Shown piece after piece: positions 55,783 through 64,000 of a stretch of DNA of 64,000 nt; the stretch's first letter is position 1; the number at the start of each line of letters is the position of its first letter. Below the pieces are notes generated by a model. It did not search any database, was not told where the DNA came from, and was given only the letters and a program-made list of their open reading frames with translations. Source of the stretch: Polaromonas sp. (GTDB lineage: Bacteria; Pseudomonadota; Gammaproteobacteria; Burkholderiales; Burkholderiaceae_C); assembly GCF_012927455.1 (NCBI RefSeq), contig NZ_JABBPE010000003.1:18970-82969 (forward strand), given 5' to 3'. The position numbers were made by a program, and so were the translations under genes.

Positions 55783-57309
55783 GTAACCACCGCACCCAAC
55801 CCGTCCTCCGGGGCATCGTCGTCGCCCAGGTCCAGCGCCAGCATCGTCAAACGCGCCGGCCTGTTTGTCGCGCTGGCCGCATTGCTGGCCATCTTGTGGA
55901 TGCCCACGCCACAGGGCCTGCCACCCGCCGGTCAGGTGATGCTGGCCATCCTCGCCTTAGCCGTGGTGGTCTGGATGACCGAGGCGCTCGACTATGCGGT
56001 GAGTTCGGTGGTGATAGGCGCGCTGATGATTTTCCTGCTGGCCTATGCGCCCGATTCGGCCAAGCCCCTGGCTGCCGACATGGGCACCGGGGCGGCGCTC
56101 GGCCTGGCCTTGTCGGGGTTTTCCAACAGCGCCGTCGCGCTGGTGGCGGCGGCCTGCTTCATTGCCGCGGCGATGACCGCCACCGGGCTGGACCGGCGCA
56201 TCGCGCTGGTGGTGCTGTCCAAAGTGGATGCCGACACCAACCACATCGTGTTGGGCGCCATGGTGGTGGGTCTTCTGCTGTCCTTCGTCGTGCCGAGCAC
56301 GACTGCGCGCGTGGCCTGCCTGGTGCCCATCATGATGGGCTTCATCCTGGCCTTCAAGGTCGACAAACGAAGCCGCTTTGCCGGACTGCTGGTCATCACC
56401 GCCGCGCAGACCGCCAGCGTCTGGAACATCGGCATCAAGACCGCCGCAGCCCAGAACATGGTGGCGGTGGGCTTCATTGAAAAACAGTTTGGCACCAGTA
56501 TCAGCTGGACCGAGTGGTTCATCGCCGGCGCGCCGTTTTCGGCCTTCATGAGCATCGCGGTTTACTTCATCATGACCCGCATGATGAAGCCCGAGATGAA
56601 AGAGATTGCCGGCGGCCGCGCCACCATACAGTTGCAGCTTGAGGCCATCGGGAAGATGACGCTGAAGGAGTGGAAGCTGCTGGTGATCGTGCTGGTGTTG
56701 CTGGGTTTTTGGTCCACCGAAAAGGTGCTGCACAACTTCGACACCTCGTCGACCACGATTGCCGCCATTGCCCTGATGCTGGTGCCGCGCCTGGGCGTGA
56801 TGGACTGGAAGGCATCGCAGCGCGGATTCCCGTGGGGGACGGTGGTGCTGTTCGCCGTCGGCATCAGCGTGGGCACCGCCCTGCTGAAGACGAACGCCGC
56901 CGGCTGGCTGGCCAACCTGATCGTGCACAACCTCGGGCTGCAGCAGGCCAGCGCCTTCGCCATCCTGATGCTGCTGTCGCTGTTTTTGATCGTTATTCAC
57001 CTGGGCTTCGCCAGTGCCACGGCGCTGGCGTCCACCATGATTCCGATCATCATCAGCGTACTCACGGCGGTGCAGACGCCGGGCATCAACGTGATCGGCA
57101 TGACCATGCTGTTGCAGTTCGTGGTGAGCTTTGGTTTCATCCTGCCGGTGAATGCGCCGCAAAACATGATTGCCTACAGTACGGACACCTTCGACGCCCG
57201 CGACTTCATCCGCACCGGCCTGGTGATCACACTGGCCGCCGCCGTGTTGCTGGTGATCTTCGCGCTGACCTATTGGCCGTGGATGGGCTACATGAGCAAG
57301 GCGGTCTGA
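55783..57309 (+). CDS. DASS-family (SLC13) di/tricarboxylate or anion symporter
   Basis: About 12 TM; WMTEAL, TGLDRRIAL, VPSTTAR, ILPVNAPQNMIAY. ORF track starts at TTG 55882, but the frame is open from an AGGAGG-preceded GTA at 55783. Confidence 0.85.
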   Translation, partial: VTTAPNPSSGASSSPRSSASIVKRAGLFVALAALLAILWMPTPQGLPPAGQVMLAILALAVVVWMTEALDYAVSSVVIGALMIFLLAYAPDSAKPLAADMGTGAALGLALSGFSNSAVALVAAACFIAAAMTATGLDRRIALVVLSKVDADTNHIVLGAMVVGLLLSFVVPSTTARVACLVPIMMGFILAFKVDKRSRFAGLLVITAAQTASVWNIGIKTAAAQNMVAVGFIEKQFGTSISWTEWFIAGAPFSAFMSIAVYFIMTRMMKPEMKEIAGGRATIQLQLEAIGKMTLKEWKLLVIVLVLLGFWSTEKVLHNFDTSSTTIAAIALMLVPRLGVMDWKASQRGFPWGTVVLFAVGISVGTALLKTNAAGWLANLIVHNLGLQQASAFAILMLLSLFLIVIHLGFASATALASTMIPIIISVLTAVQTPGINVIGMTMLLQFVVSFGFILPVNAPQNMIAYSTDTFDARDFIRTGLVITLAAAVLLVIFALTYWPWMGYMSKAV

Positions 57310-57393
57310 AACTACTGCAACGCAATGGTCCAAATACCCAGGAAACAGCATTGTTGCCGCAGCATCGGTTGAATTCGGATCTGCCTGTAAATT

Positions 57394-57441
57394 GCTATTT
57401 ATTTTATAGCTGCTTATGCCCGTGTATGTTGGGCCATGGCC
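57394..57441 (+). repeat. GCTAT-N7-ATAGC repeat, copy 11 (between convergent DASS and tcuB)
   Basis: GCTAT-TTATTTT-ATAGC-TGCTTATGCCCGTGTATGTTGGGCCATGGCC. Confidence 0.85.
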
Positions 57442-57463
57442 TTGTTCTGCACCCGATATCGAG

Positions 57464-58624
57464 TCAGTCGCTGCCCAGTTTCAGGCGGCTGGGCTGACGT
57501 TTTTCAATCGCCCATTTCAGCAGCGCAGCACAGCGGAAAACACCATGGGCAAACTTGCCGTAAGGCAGCGTGGCAAACAGCGCCATCACCACGCCCAGGT
57601 GCAGCGCCAGCAGCACAGCCATGGCAGCGCTGTCGCGCCAGAGCAGCAGGGCCAAGCCGCTCAGGCTGGTAAAAAACAGCAGGGCGATGAAGCCGCGGTC
57701 CATCGGTTGTTGCGCCGCATCGCCGTGCTGCGGGTGGCGCCGCAGGTTCAGCCACAGCAACCCGGCCGGGCCTATCAACAGGCCGATGCCGCCTGCGCTG
57801 CCGAGCAACACCGGCACGCTGTTGAAGCTGTAGGGCGCCGGCCACTTGAGCAGATAGTGGTACAGCGTGGCCACGCAGGTCGCGGCAAAACACAGCATGA
57901 AGCCATAAAAAGTCAGGTGGTGAAAACGCCGCCGCCACAGCGTGAAAGCGTCGTCAGCTTCGTTGCAGCCTTCGCCATGGCCGCCGCCCAGATACTTCAG
58001 GCGCAGGGAATCCGAGGCCGCTTCGGCCATGGCAGCCCCCGATACATGGCCTGGCGAGACCTCGCGCCAGAACTTGCGCACGCCCAGGCCGAGTGCCAGC
58101 GCGGCAAATATAAAAACTGGCGCGAACATTGACACCAGCAGGTTGTGCGGAAAGATGGCGTAGAAGTTGCCCGCCAGCGGCGCGTGCAGCAGCGTGCCTT
58201 GCAACGCCACCGCCAGCAGCAAAAACAGCGCCAAGCCTGCTGCCAGCGCCAGCGAAAGCGTCAGGCCGTTGCGCTGGTACAGCGCGCCCAGCGCCGGTGG
58301 CCAGGCGTAGTCGGCATAGCTTTGGCCGCGCACCCGGGCCATGGCCTGCGGCACATTGACGGCAAACTCGTGCGGCGGCGCGTACTGGCAGGCGTGCAGG
58401 CAGGCGCCGCAGTTGTGGCACAAATTGGCCAGGTAGTGGATGTCGGCCTTGCCAAATTCCAGGCGCCGCGTCATGGCGGGGAACACCGCGCAAAAACCTT
58501 CGCAATAGCGGCATGCGTTGCAGATCTGCAGCTGCCGGCTCACTTCGGACTCGTACCGCGTCAGCACCGCTTCACCGCTTGCGAGCGCGCGCGCTTCACG
58601 CGTCAAGGCTTCAAGCTGCTGCAT
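57464..58624 (-). CDS. tcuB: Tricarballylate utilisation Fe-S membrane protein
   Basis: [58 protein letters not shown]. Confidence 0.93.
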   Translation of the reverse strand: MQQLEALTREARALASGEAVLTRYESEVSRQLQICNACRYCEGFCAVFPAMTRRLEFGKADIHYLANLCHNCGACLHACQYAPPHEFAVNVPQAMARVRGQSYADYAWPPALGALYQRNGLTLSLALAAGLALFLLLAVALQGTLLHAPLAGNFYAIFPHNLLVSMFAPVFIFAALALGLGVRKFWREVSPGHVSGAAMAEAASDSLRLKYLGGGHGEGCNEADDAFTLWRRRFHHLTFYGFMLCFAATCVATLYHYLLKWPAPYSFNSVPVLLGSAGGIGLLIGPAGLLWLNLRRHPQHGDAAQQPMDRGFIALLFFTSLSGLALLLWRDSAAMAVLLALHLGVVMALFATLPYGKFAHGVFRCAALLKWAIEKRQPSRLKLGSD

Positions 58625-60017
58625 GAACTGCTCCTGTATTTATGGCAGCCTGCGCAGCCTGTACGCCGGCTATACGGCCAAAGGCAGTGCCGATCGTCAT
58701 GCCGACACCGGCCGTATAACCCTTGCCCAGCACGTTGCCGGCCATGATTTCACCGGCGGCAAACAGGTTGGCACTGGGCACTCCGCCAAATCGCACGGCG
58801 GTGGTTTCATCGGTCTTCAGGCCGAGGTAGGTGAAGGTGATGCCGGGCTTGAGCGCGTAGCCATAAAACGGCGCCGTGTCGATGGGCCGGGCCCAGTGCG
58901 ACTTGGCCGGTGCCAGGCCGTCGGTGTGGCAGTCGTCGAGCGCGGTATGGTCGAAGCTGCCGCCGCGGCAAGCGGCGTTGTAATGGTTCAGGGTCTGCGC
59001 GAACGTGGCCTGGTCCAGTCCCAACTGGCGCGCCAGATCGGTCAGGCTGTCGGCCTTGACCCCGGCAAACACCGGCGGCATGAAGCGGCCAACGGCCTTG
59101 GCGTCGATGATGGAATAAGCCATCTGCCCGGGCTGCTGCGCCACCAGCCGTCCCCAGATCGCATAGCGCTTGGGCCAGAAATCTTCGCCCTCATCGTAAA
59201 AGCGCTCGGCCTTCTGGTTCACCACCACGCCAAGCGACACGCAATCGATCCGCGTGCAAATGCCGCCGTCGTAGAGCGGCGCGCGCGCGTCGATGGCCAC
59301 CATATGCGCCTGCGTCGGCTCGCCAATCGTGTCGGCGCCCTGCTCTATCAGGTCGCGCAGCAGCACGCCCATGTTGAAGCGCGTGCCGCGTATGGCAAAG
59401 TTGTCGGCTGGCCATTCACCGGCCTCGTTCTGACCCCAGGCTTCGCGCAGCCACGCGAGGTTGGACTCGAAGCCGCCGCTCGCCACCACGCAGGCACGCG
59501 CCTCAATGCGCTTTGACGCGCAGTGCGCCGCGACAAAGCGGCCTGCCTCCAATTCCAGTCGGTCCACTGGCGAGTCGTAGCAGACCTGCACGCCCAGCGC
59601 TTCGGCGCTGCGGTAGTAGGCGTTCATCAACGCCTTGCCGCCGCCCATGAAAAAGGCATTGGTGCGCGACAGCTGCAATGTGCCCGACAGCGAGGGCTGA
59701 AAGCGCACGCCGTGCTGGCGCATCCAGCCGCGGCAGTGCGAAGACGCCCGAATCGCCAGCCGCGCCAGCGCCTCGTTGGTCTGCCCGCCGGTGACCTTGA
59801 GCAGGTCCTGCCAGTACTCCTCTTCCGGATAGGCCTCGCTCAACACGTCCTGCGGCGCATCGTGCATGCAGCGCAGATTGCGCGTGTGCTGCGAGTTGCC
59901 GCCGCGCCATTCACGCGGCGCCGCTTCCAGCAGCAACACGCTGGCGCCGGCCTCAACCGCCATCAGCGCGGCGCACAGCGCGGCATTGCCGCCGCCAATC
60001 ACCAGCACATCAACCAT
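58611..60017 (-). CDS. tcuA: FAD-dependent tricarballylate dehydrogenase
   Basis: [64 protein letters not shown]. Confidence 0.92.
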   Translation of the reverse strand: MVDVLVIGGGNAALCAALMAVEAGASVLLLEAAPREWRGGNSQHTRNLRCMHDAPQDVLSEAYPEEEYWQDLLKVTGGQTNEALARLAIRASSHCRGWMRQHGVRFQPSLSGTLQLSRTNAFFMGGGKALMNAYYRSAEALGVQVCYDSPVDRLELEAGRFVAAHCASKRIEARACVVASGGFESNLAWLREAWGQNEAGEWPADNFAIRGTRFNMGVLLRDLIEQGADTIGEPTQAHMVAIDARAPLYDGGICTRIDCVSLGVVVNQKAERFYDEGEDFWPKRYAIWGRLVAQQPGQMAYSIIDAKAVGRFMPPVFAGVKADSLTDLARQLGLDQATFAQTLNHYNAACRGGSFDHTALDDCHTDGLAPAKSHWARPIDTAPFYGYALKPGITFTYLGLKTDETTAVRFGGVPSANLFAAGEIMAGNVLGKGYTAGVGMTIGTAFGRIAGVQAAQAAINTGAVHAAA

Positions 60018-60036
60018 GCAACACCATACTAGTTCC

Positions 60037-61038
60037 TCAATCGGCGTGAATGCCGGCGCGCTTGACGATGTCGCTCCAGATTTTTTGCTCGTCCGCAATG
60101 AAGGACGCAAACTCGTTGGAAGGCCCGCCGCCGCTTATTGCGTTGTCGCTAGCAAAGCGCGCCGTCACGGCCGACGATTTGAGCGCCTTGAGCGATTCTT
60201 CCTGCAGGCGTTTGACGATGTCCGCCGGCGTTCCGGCCGGTGCCAAAATGCCGTACCACTGTGAGGTCTCGAAGTTCTTGAAACCCATTTCAGCTACCGT
60301 CGGCACGTCGGGCAGCGCCGAGATGCGCTGGCTGGTTCCGACCGCGATGGCGCGCAGCTTGCCGCTCTTGATGTACGCGCTCAAGGCGGGCAGGCCAGCC
60401 GACGAAGCCTGGGTGCGGCCCGACAGCAGATCGGTCAGTTGCGGGCCGGTGCCGCGGTAGGGAATGTGCGTGATGAACATGCCGCTGACCAGCTTGAGGT
60501 ATTCCATTGCCAGGTGCCCGGCGCTGGCGTTGCCGGCCGAGCCGTAATTGAGCACGCCCGGATTCTTCTTGGCGTAGGCCACAAACTCCTTAAAGTTTCT
60601 CGCCGGTACATCGGGATGAATCACAAAGACGTTGGGTACCTTGGCCAGCAAGGTCACCGGGATGAAATCCTTGTTCACGTCATAAGGCTGGTTTTTCAGC
60701 ATGTAGGGGTTGACGGCCAGCGTGCCGACATGGCCCAGGATGATGGTGTGGCCGTCGGGCGCAGACTTTGCCACCTCCTGCATCGCCACTGTGCCGGCCC
60801 CGCCCGGCTTGTTCTCTACATAGACGCTTTGCCCAAGCTGTTTGCTAAGTTCGGCGGCCACCGAGCGCGCGACGATTTCAGACGTTCCGCCAGGCGCAAA
60901 CGGCACCACAAAGCGGACCGCGCGAGATGGCCAGGCCGCTTGCGCCATGGCCGGCAGGCCCAGCGCCAAAGCTCCCAGACCAGCGCCCAGGCCAGCGGCC
61001 TGCAGCAGGGTGCGGCGGGAAATTGAATGCTTCATCAT
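60037..61038 (-). CDS. Bug/TctC-family periplasmic binding protein (Tat-like signal)
   Basis: SRRTLLQ, WPSRAVRFVVPFAPGG, ENKPGGAG, SAGNAS.GHL, HIPYRGTGP. Confidence 0.9.
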   Translation of the reverse strand: MMKHSISRRTLLQAAGLGAGLGALALGLPAMAQAAWPSRAVRFVVPFAPGGTSEIVARSVAAELSKQLGQSVYVENKPGGAGTVAMQEVAKSAPDGHTIILGHVGTLAVNPYMLKNQPYDVNKDFIPVTLLAKVPNVFVIHPDVPARNFKEFVAYAKKNPGVLNYGSAGNASAGHLAMEYLKLVSGMFITHIPYRGTGPQLTDLLSGRTQASSAGLPALSAYIKSGKLRAIAVGTSQRISALPDVPTVAEMGFKNFETSQWYGILAPAGTPADIVKRLQEESLKALKSSAVTARFASDNAISGGGPSNEFASFIADEQKIWSDIVKRAGIHAD

Positions 61039-61087
61039 GAGATGTCTCTTTCTTTTGGGTTATTGCGCGGGCATCCGGCCGGAACAT

Positions 61088-61843
61088 TTAGAACTGGTAG
61101 CGGCGCAAGCCACCATCCACCGGAATCACAGCGCCAGTGATGTAGCTGGCCAGCGGCGACGACAAAAAGCACACCAGGTTGGCCAGGTCTTCCGGCTCGC
61201 CATAACGGCCCACGGGGATTTCGTTGTCGCACTGCCACTGCCGGTACTCGGGCGTGTAGTTGCGAAAAATCTGTTCTGAATGAATCCGCCCCGGCGCAAT
61301 GGAATTGACCGTGATGCCGTTCTTGCCCACCATGCGGCTTAGCCCCTTGGCCCAGCTGTGAATGCCGGCCTTGGCGCAGAACGCGCCATTGACATGGTCG
61401 GGCTCGCTCTTGCCGGTGATGCAGATGATGCGGCCCCAGTTGCGTGCAATCATCTGATCGAGCAGCGCCTGCGCGACCTGGCGCGGGCGGTGAAAGTTCA
61501 GGGTGATGGCTTCCTGCCAGCGCTCTTCACTGACATGCAGGTCGGCAAAGGAGCGCGAGCCACCGGCGTTGTTGACCAGAATGTCTAGGCCGCCCAGGCC
61601 CGCCAGGGCAGCATCGGTCAGCGTTTTGGCGGCGTCTTCAGCGTACAGATCGGACTCGATCACCACCGGACGGTGGCCGCCCCGACTGACAATTTCATCG
61701 GCCACCTGGTTGAGCAGCGCCACGCGCCGCGCCGAAATCGCCAGCCTGACGCCCTCGGCCGCCAGCGCCAGCGCAATGCCGCGGCCAATGCCGGTGCTGG
61801 CGCCCGTGACCAGCGCGGTCTTATCTTTGAGTTGCAGATCCAT
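61088..61843 (-). CDS. Short-chain dehydrogenase-like protein lacking the canonical YxxxK Tyr
   Basis: TGASTGIG, ILVNNAG, NSIAPGRI, YITGAVIPVDGG. The active-site segment reads NGAFCAK. Confidence 0.8.
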   Translation of the reverse strand: MDLQLKDKTALVTGASTGIGRGIALALAAEGVRLAISARRVALLNQVADEIVSRGGHRPVVIESDLYAEDAAKTLTDAALAGLGGLDILVNNAGGSRSFADLHVSEERWQEAITLNFHRPRQVAQALLDQMIARNWGRIICITGKSEPDHVNGAFCAKAGIHSWAKGLSRMVGKNGITVNSIAPGRIHSEQIFRNYTPEYRQWQCDNEIPVGRYGEPEDLANLVCFLSSPLASYITGAVIPVDGGLRRYQF

Positions 61844-61975
61844 GGTGTCTCTCGGTGGCAAAGGTGAACGGTCTTTGAAGCGCAATGTAGCGCTTAAAGC
61901 CGCTCGGCGAAAGCCGGCCTCACGCATGAGGCCATCACAAATCGTGATGGCAAAGGCGTGGCCGGCACGGCGGCC

Positions 61976-62908
61976 TCAGCGGGCCAGCAGCTTGGCCCCG
62001 ACCCAGCGGCCTGAGCGCACCGCTTCGCTCGCGCAATCGGCCAGCACCACGCGCGCGGCCAAGGCGGCGGGCGACAACTCGTCGTCCGACAGGCTGCACA
62101 GCGCGTTGCCGCGACGCGCCAGCGTGTCGGTGATTTGCGCCAGATGAAAGCGCTGCGGCGCATCCTGAAAACGGCTCACCGCAGCCCACGGCTGCAGCGT
62201 ACAGCCCAGGCCGCTGTCGACCGCATCCATCAGCATGGCCAGCGAGTCGATTTCGGCCACCAGCGTGGGCCTGAATTTGGCCCGCGCAAAGGCGCTTTCC
62301 AGCGTGCTGCGCAAACCGTGCAGCCCGGTCGGCAAGATCAGCGGCAGCCCGGCCAGCTGCGCCAGCTTGACGCGGGCCGCTGGTTCGCGCAACAGGGAGC
62401 GGCGCGACTGGATCAGGAACAGTTTTTCCTCCAGCAGCGGCATGACGCTCCAGCGCCGCCCTGCCTGGGTGTTGAAGAGCATGGCCAGGTCCAGCTGGCG
62501 CGCATTGAGCATGGCCGTCAGGTGCCCGGACAGGCTCTCTACCATGTGCAGGCGCACATCGGGATAGCGTTCACGCATGGCCAGCAGCAAGGGCAGACCC
62601 AGCACGGCGGCGGTGCTGGGCGCCAAACCAACGCTGACCGTGCCCGACAGGCGCGACTGCTGCGCCGCACGCGCGGCCTGCTCGGCATGGCGCAGCACCA
62701 ATTGCGCCTCGCGAAAAAAAGCCAGCCCGGCCTCGGTCGGCGTCACCCCCTTGGGGCTGCGCTGCAGCAACCGGGTCGACAGCTCGCTTTCAAGCCGGCT
62801 GATCTGCTGGCTCAAGGCCGATGGCACCAGCTCCAGGTCCAGCGCGGCCCGGCTGATGCTGCCCATCTCAATCACCCGGACCAGATAACGCAGCTGGCGC
62901 AGTTCCAT
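61976..62908 (-). CDS. tcuR: LysR-family regulator TcuR
   Basis: MELRQLRYLVRVIEMGSISRAA..ALSQQISRLESEL, ESLSGHL, HGLRS; upstream of tcuAB. Confidence 0.85.
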   Translation of the reverse strand: MELRQLRYLVRVIEMGSISRAALDLELVPSALSQQISRLESELSTRLLQRSPKGVTPTEAGLAFFREAQLVLRHAEQAARAAQQSRLSGTVSVGLAPSTAAVLGLPLLLAMRERYPDVRLHMVESLSGHLTAMLNARQLDLAMLFNTQAGRRWSVMPLLEEKLFLIQSRRSLLREPAARVKLAQLAGLPLILPTGLHGLRSTLESAFARAKFRPTLVAEIDSLAMLMDAVDSGLGCTLQPWAAVSRFQDAPQRFHLAQITDTLARRGNALCSLSDDELSPAALAARVVLADCASEAVRSGRWVGAKLLAR

Positions 62909-63289
62909 GCAGATTCTCCTTGCGTCGCGCTAGACCATCACCATTTGTGATGCCCTCAATGATCGCATGGTGCAGCGCTCCAGCGTCGAAAACGATGATT
63001 CCGGCGCGCGCACCCGGTATTGTTGCGGCTGAGAGGCGCGGGTGTTTTCATGATCTGCGTCATCATGCGGCTTGTTGTCAGCTGGCAAACTGAGGCTCTG
63101 AGTACTTGGGGTAGCGGCCGCTGCAGAAGGCAAACCGGCTTTGTATATCTTATTTTCACGGAAGCGTTACACCATGAATGCCCATGAAATCCTCCCATGG
63201 CCGGCCGGCGCGACTAACTATGATAATCAGCGGAGCGGCACCCTGGCATCGCGCAGCAACAAACTCCCGGTGACTGACGGAATTTTTCA

Positions 63290-64000
63290 ATGACCTCTCC
63301 TGTCGCATCCCTCCCAGTGGCGGCCGGCCTTGCCGCATCGCCTAACGCAGCCCTGATCAAGGTGCTCAACAGCAAATGTTTTTGCATCAGCCTGGACGCC
63401 GACGCGCTGCAGCAAGCATTGCAATCGGAAATTGGCCAACCCGACCTGTTTGAGCTGATACGCGAGCGCTGCCCGTACCTGTTCGCGGCGCGCCCGGTGT
63501 TTGTGTCGCAAACCCACACGGCGCGCATGGCGCAGTTGGTGCAGTCCATTGAGGCGGTCGTCGCACTGCCGGCTTACCGTGAGGAGGTGTTGGCGCAGTC
63601 GCCCGCCATCGCGCGGCATGACCCGGGCGGCGCCAAAGGGGTTTTTTTTGGCTACGATTTTCATGTCACCGAAGACGGCTTCGGACTGATAGAGATCAAC
63701 ACCAACGCGGGCGGCGCCATGCTCAATGCCGTGCTGGCGCGGGCGCAACGTGCCTGCTGCCCGGCGATCGACGAAATGGTGCCGACGCCGGCCAGGGCCG
63801 ATGCGCTGGAACAACGCATCGTGGCGATGTTCCGCAATGAATGGTCGCTGTCGGGTCATGAAGGGCCGCTGCGCAGCATCGCCATTGTTGACGAAGCGCC
63901 AGAGCAACAGTACCTGTACCCCGAGTTTCTGCTGTTTCAGCAACTGTTCCAGCGCCACGGCTTGCAGGCGGTGATCGCTGGCCCGGCCGATTTCAGTTTG
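63290..64000 (+). CDS. ATP-grasp-like hypothetical protein, N-terminal part (runs off the window end)
   Basis: Not in the ORF track. Open from ATG 63290: ...NSKCFCISLD...GVFFGYDFHV...LIEINTNAGG...IAIVDEAPEQQYLYPEFLLF. The DFH/EINTNAG pattern is typical of glutathionylspermidine-synthase-like or circularly permuted ATP-grasp folds. Confidence 0.6.
   Translation, partial: MTSPVASLPVAAGLAASPNAALIKVLNSKCFCISLDADALQQALQSEIGQPDLFELIRERCPYLFAARPVFVSQTHTARMAQLVQSIEAVVALPAYREEVLAQSPAIARHDPGGAKGVFFGYDFHVTEDGFGLIEINTNAGGAMLNAVLARAQRACCPAIDEMVPTPARADALEQRIVAMFRNEWSLSGHEGPLRSIAIVDEAPEQQYLYPEFLLFQQLFQRHGLQAVIAGPADFSL

Noticed and set aside
38700-57400. ttr/tsd-adh-ATPase-DASS block as a mobile genomic island
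   Set aside because: No integrase, transposase, tRNA or flanking direct repeat seen, and host-type repeats occur inside it. Accessory origin is possible but unsupported here.
58611-60017. Call as CobZ (precorrin-3B synthase)
   Set aside because: TcuA and TcuB are separate genes with a TcuR-like LysR and no cob genes nearby.
62930-63340. Short ORFs upstream of tcuR
   Set aside because: No recognisable domain or RBS support; could be promoter DNA or decayed sequence.

Overview
GC-rich betaproteobacterial chromosomal window; gene content and repeats suggest Comamonadaceae, Polaromonas-like (inference). No rRNA, tRNA, CRISPR array, integrase or transposase was recognised. Left to right: a partial VgrG-like gene; acyl-CoA-binding protein and coaX; an alpha-hydroxyketone (CqsA/LqsA-type) quorum-sensing cluster (sensor kinase, LqsR-like regulator, synthase) with a divergent non-canonical LuxR solo and a lux-box-shaped palindrome upstream of the synthase; rhodanese and PPK2; two Liv-type ABC transporters and a TRAP transporter around icmF; a DUF6600-like protein; dbpA, a non-heme haloperoxidase, gor and amn; a periplasmic sulfur-redox cluster (two TsdA paralogues, ttrBCA, an exported rhodanese, TlpA, ttrSR); adh, a P-type ATPase and a DASS transporter; a tcuR-SDR-Bug-tcuAB locus; and a partial ATP-grasp-like gene. 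An interspersed repeat with a GCTAT-N7-ATAGC core occurs 11 times. One copy, plus a second unrelated palindromic element, lies in frame inside icmF. Best candidates for an undescribed system: (1) the LuxR-solo/lux-box/alpha-hydroxyketone hybrid circuit, (2) the TsdA x2 + TtrBCA thiosulfate/tetrathionate cycle, (3) the repeats embedded in coding sequence. All family calls come from motif recognition by eye; no database search was run.
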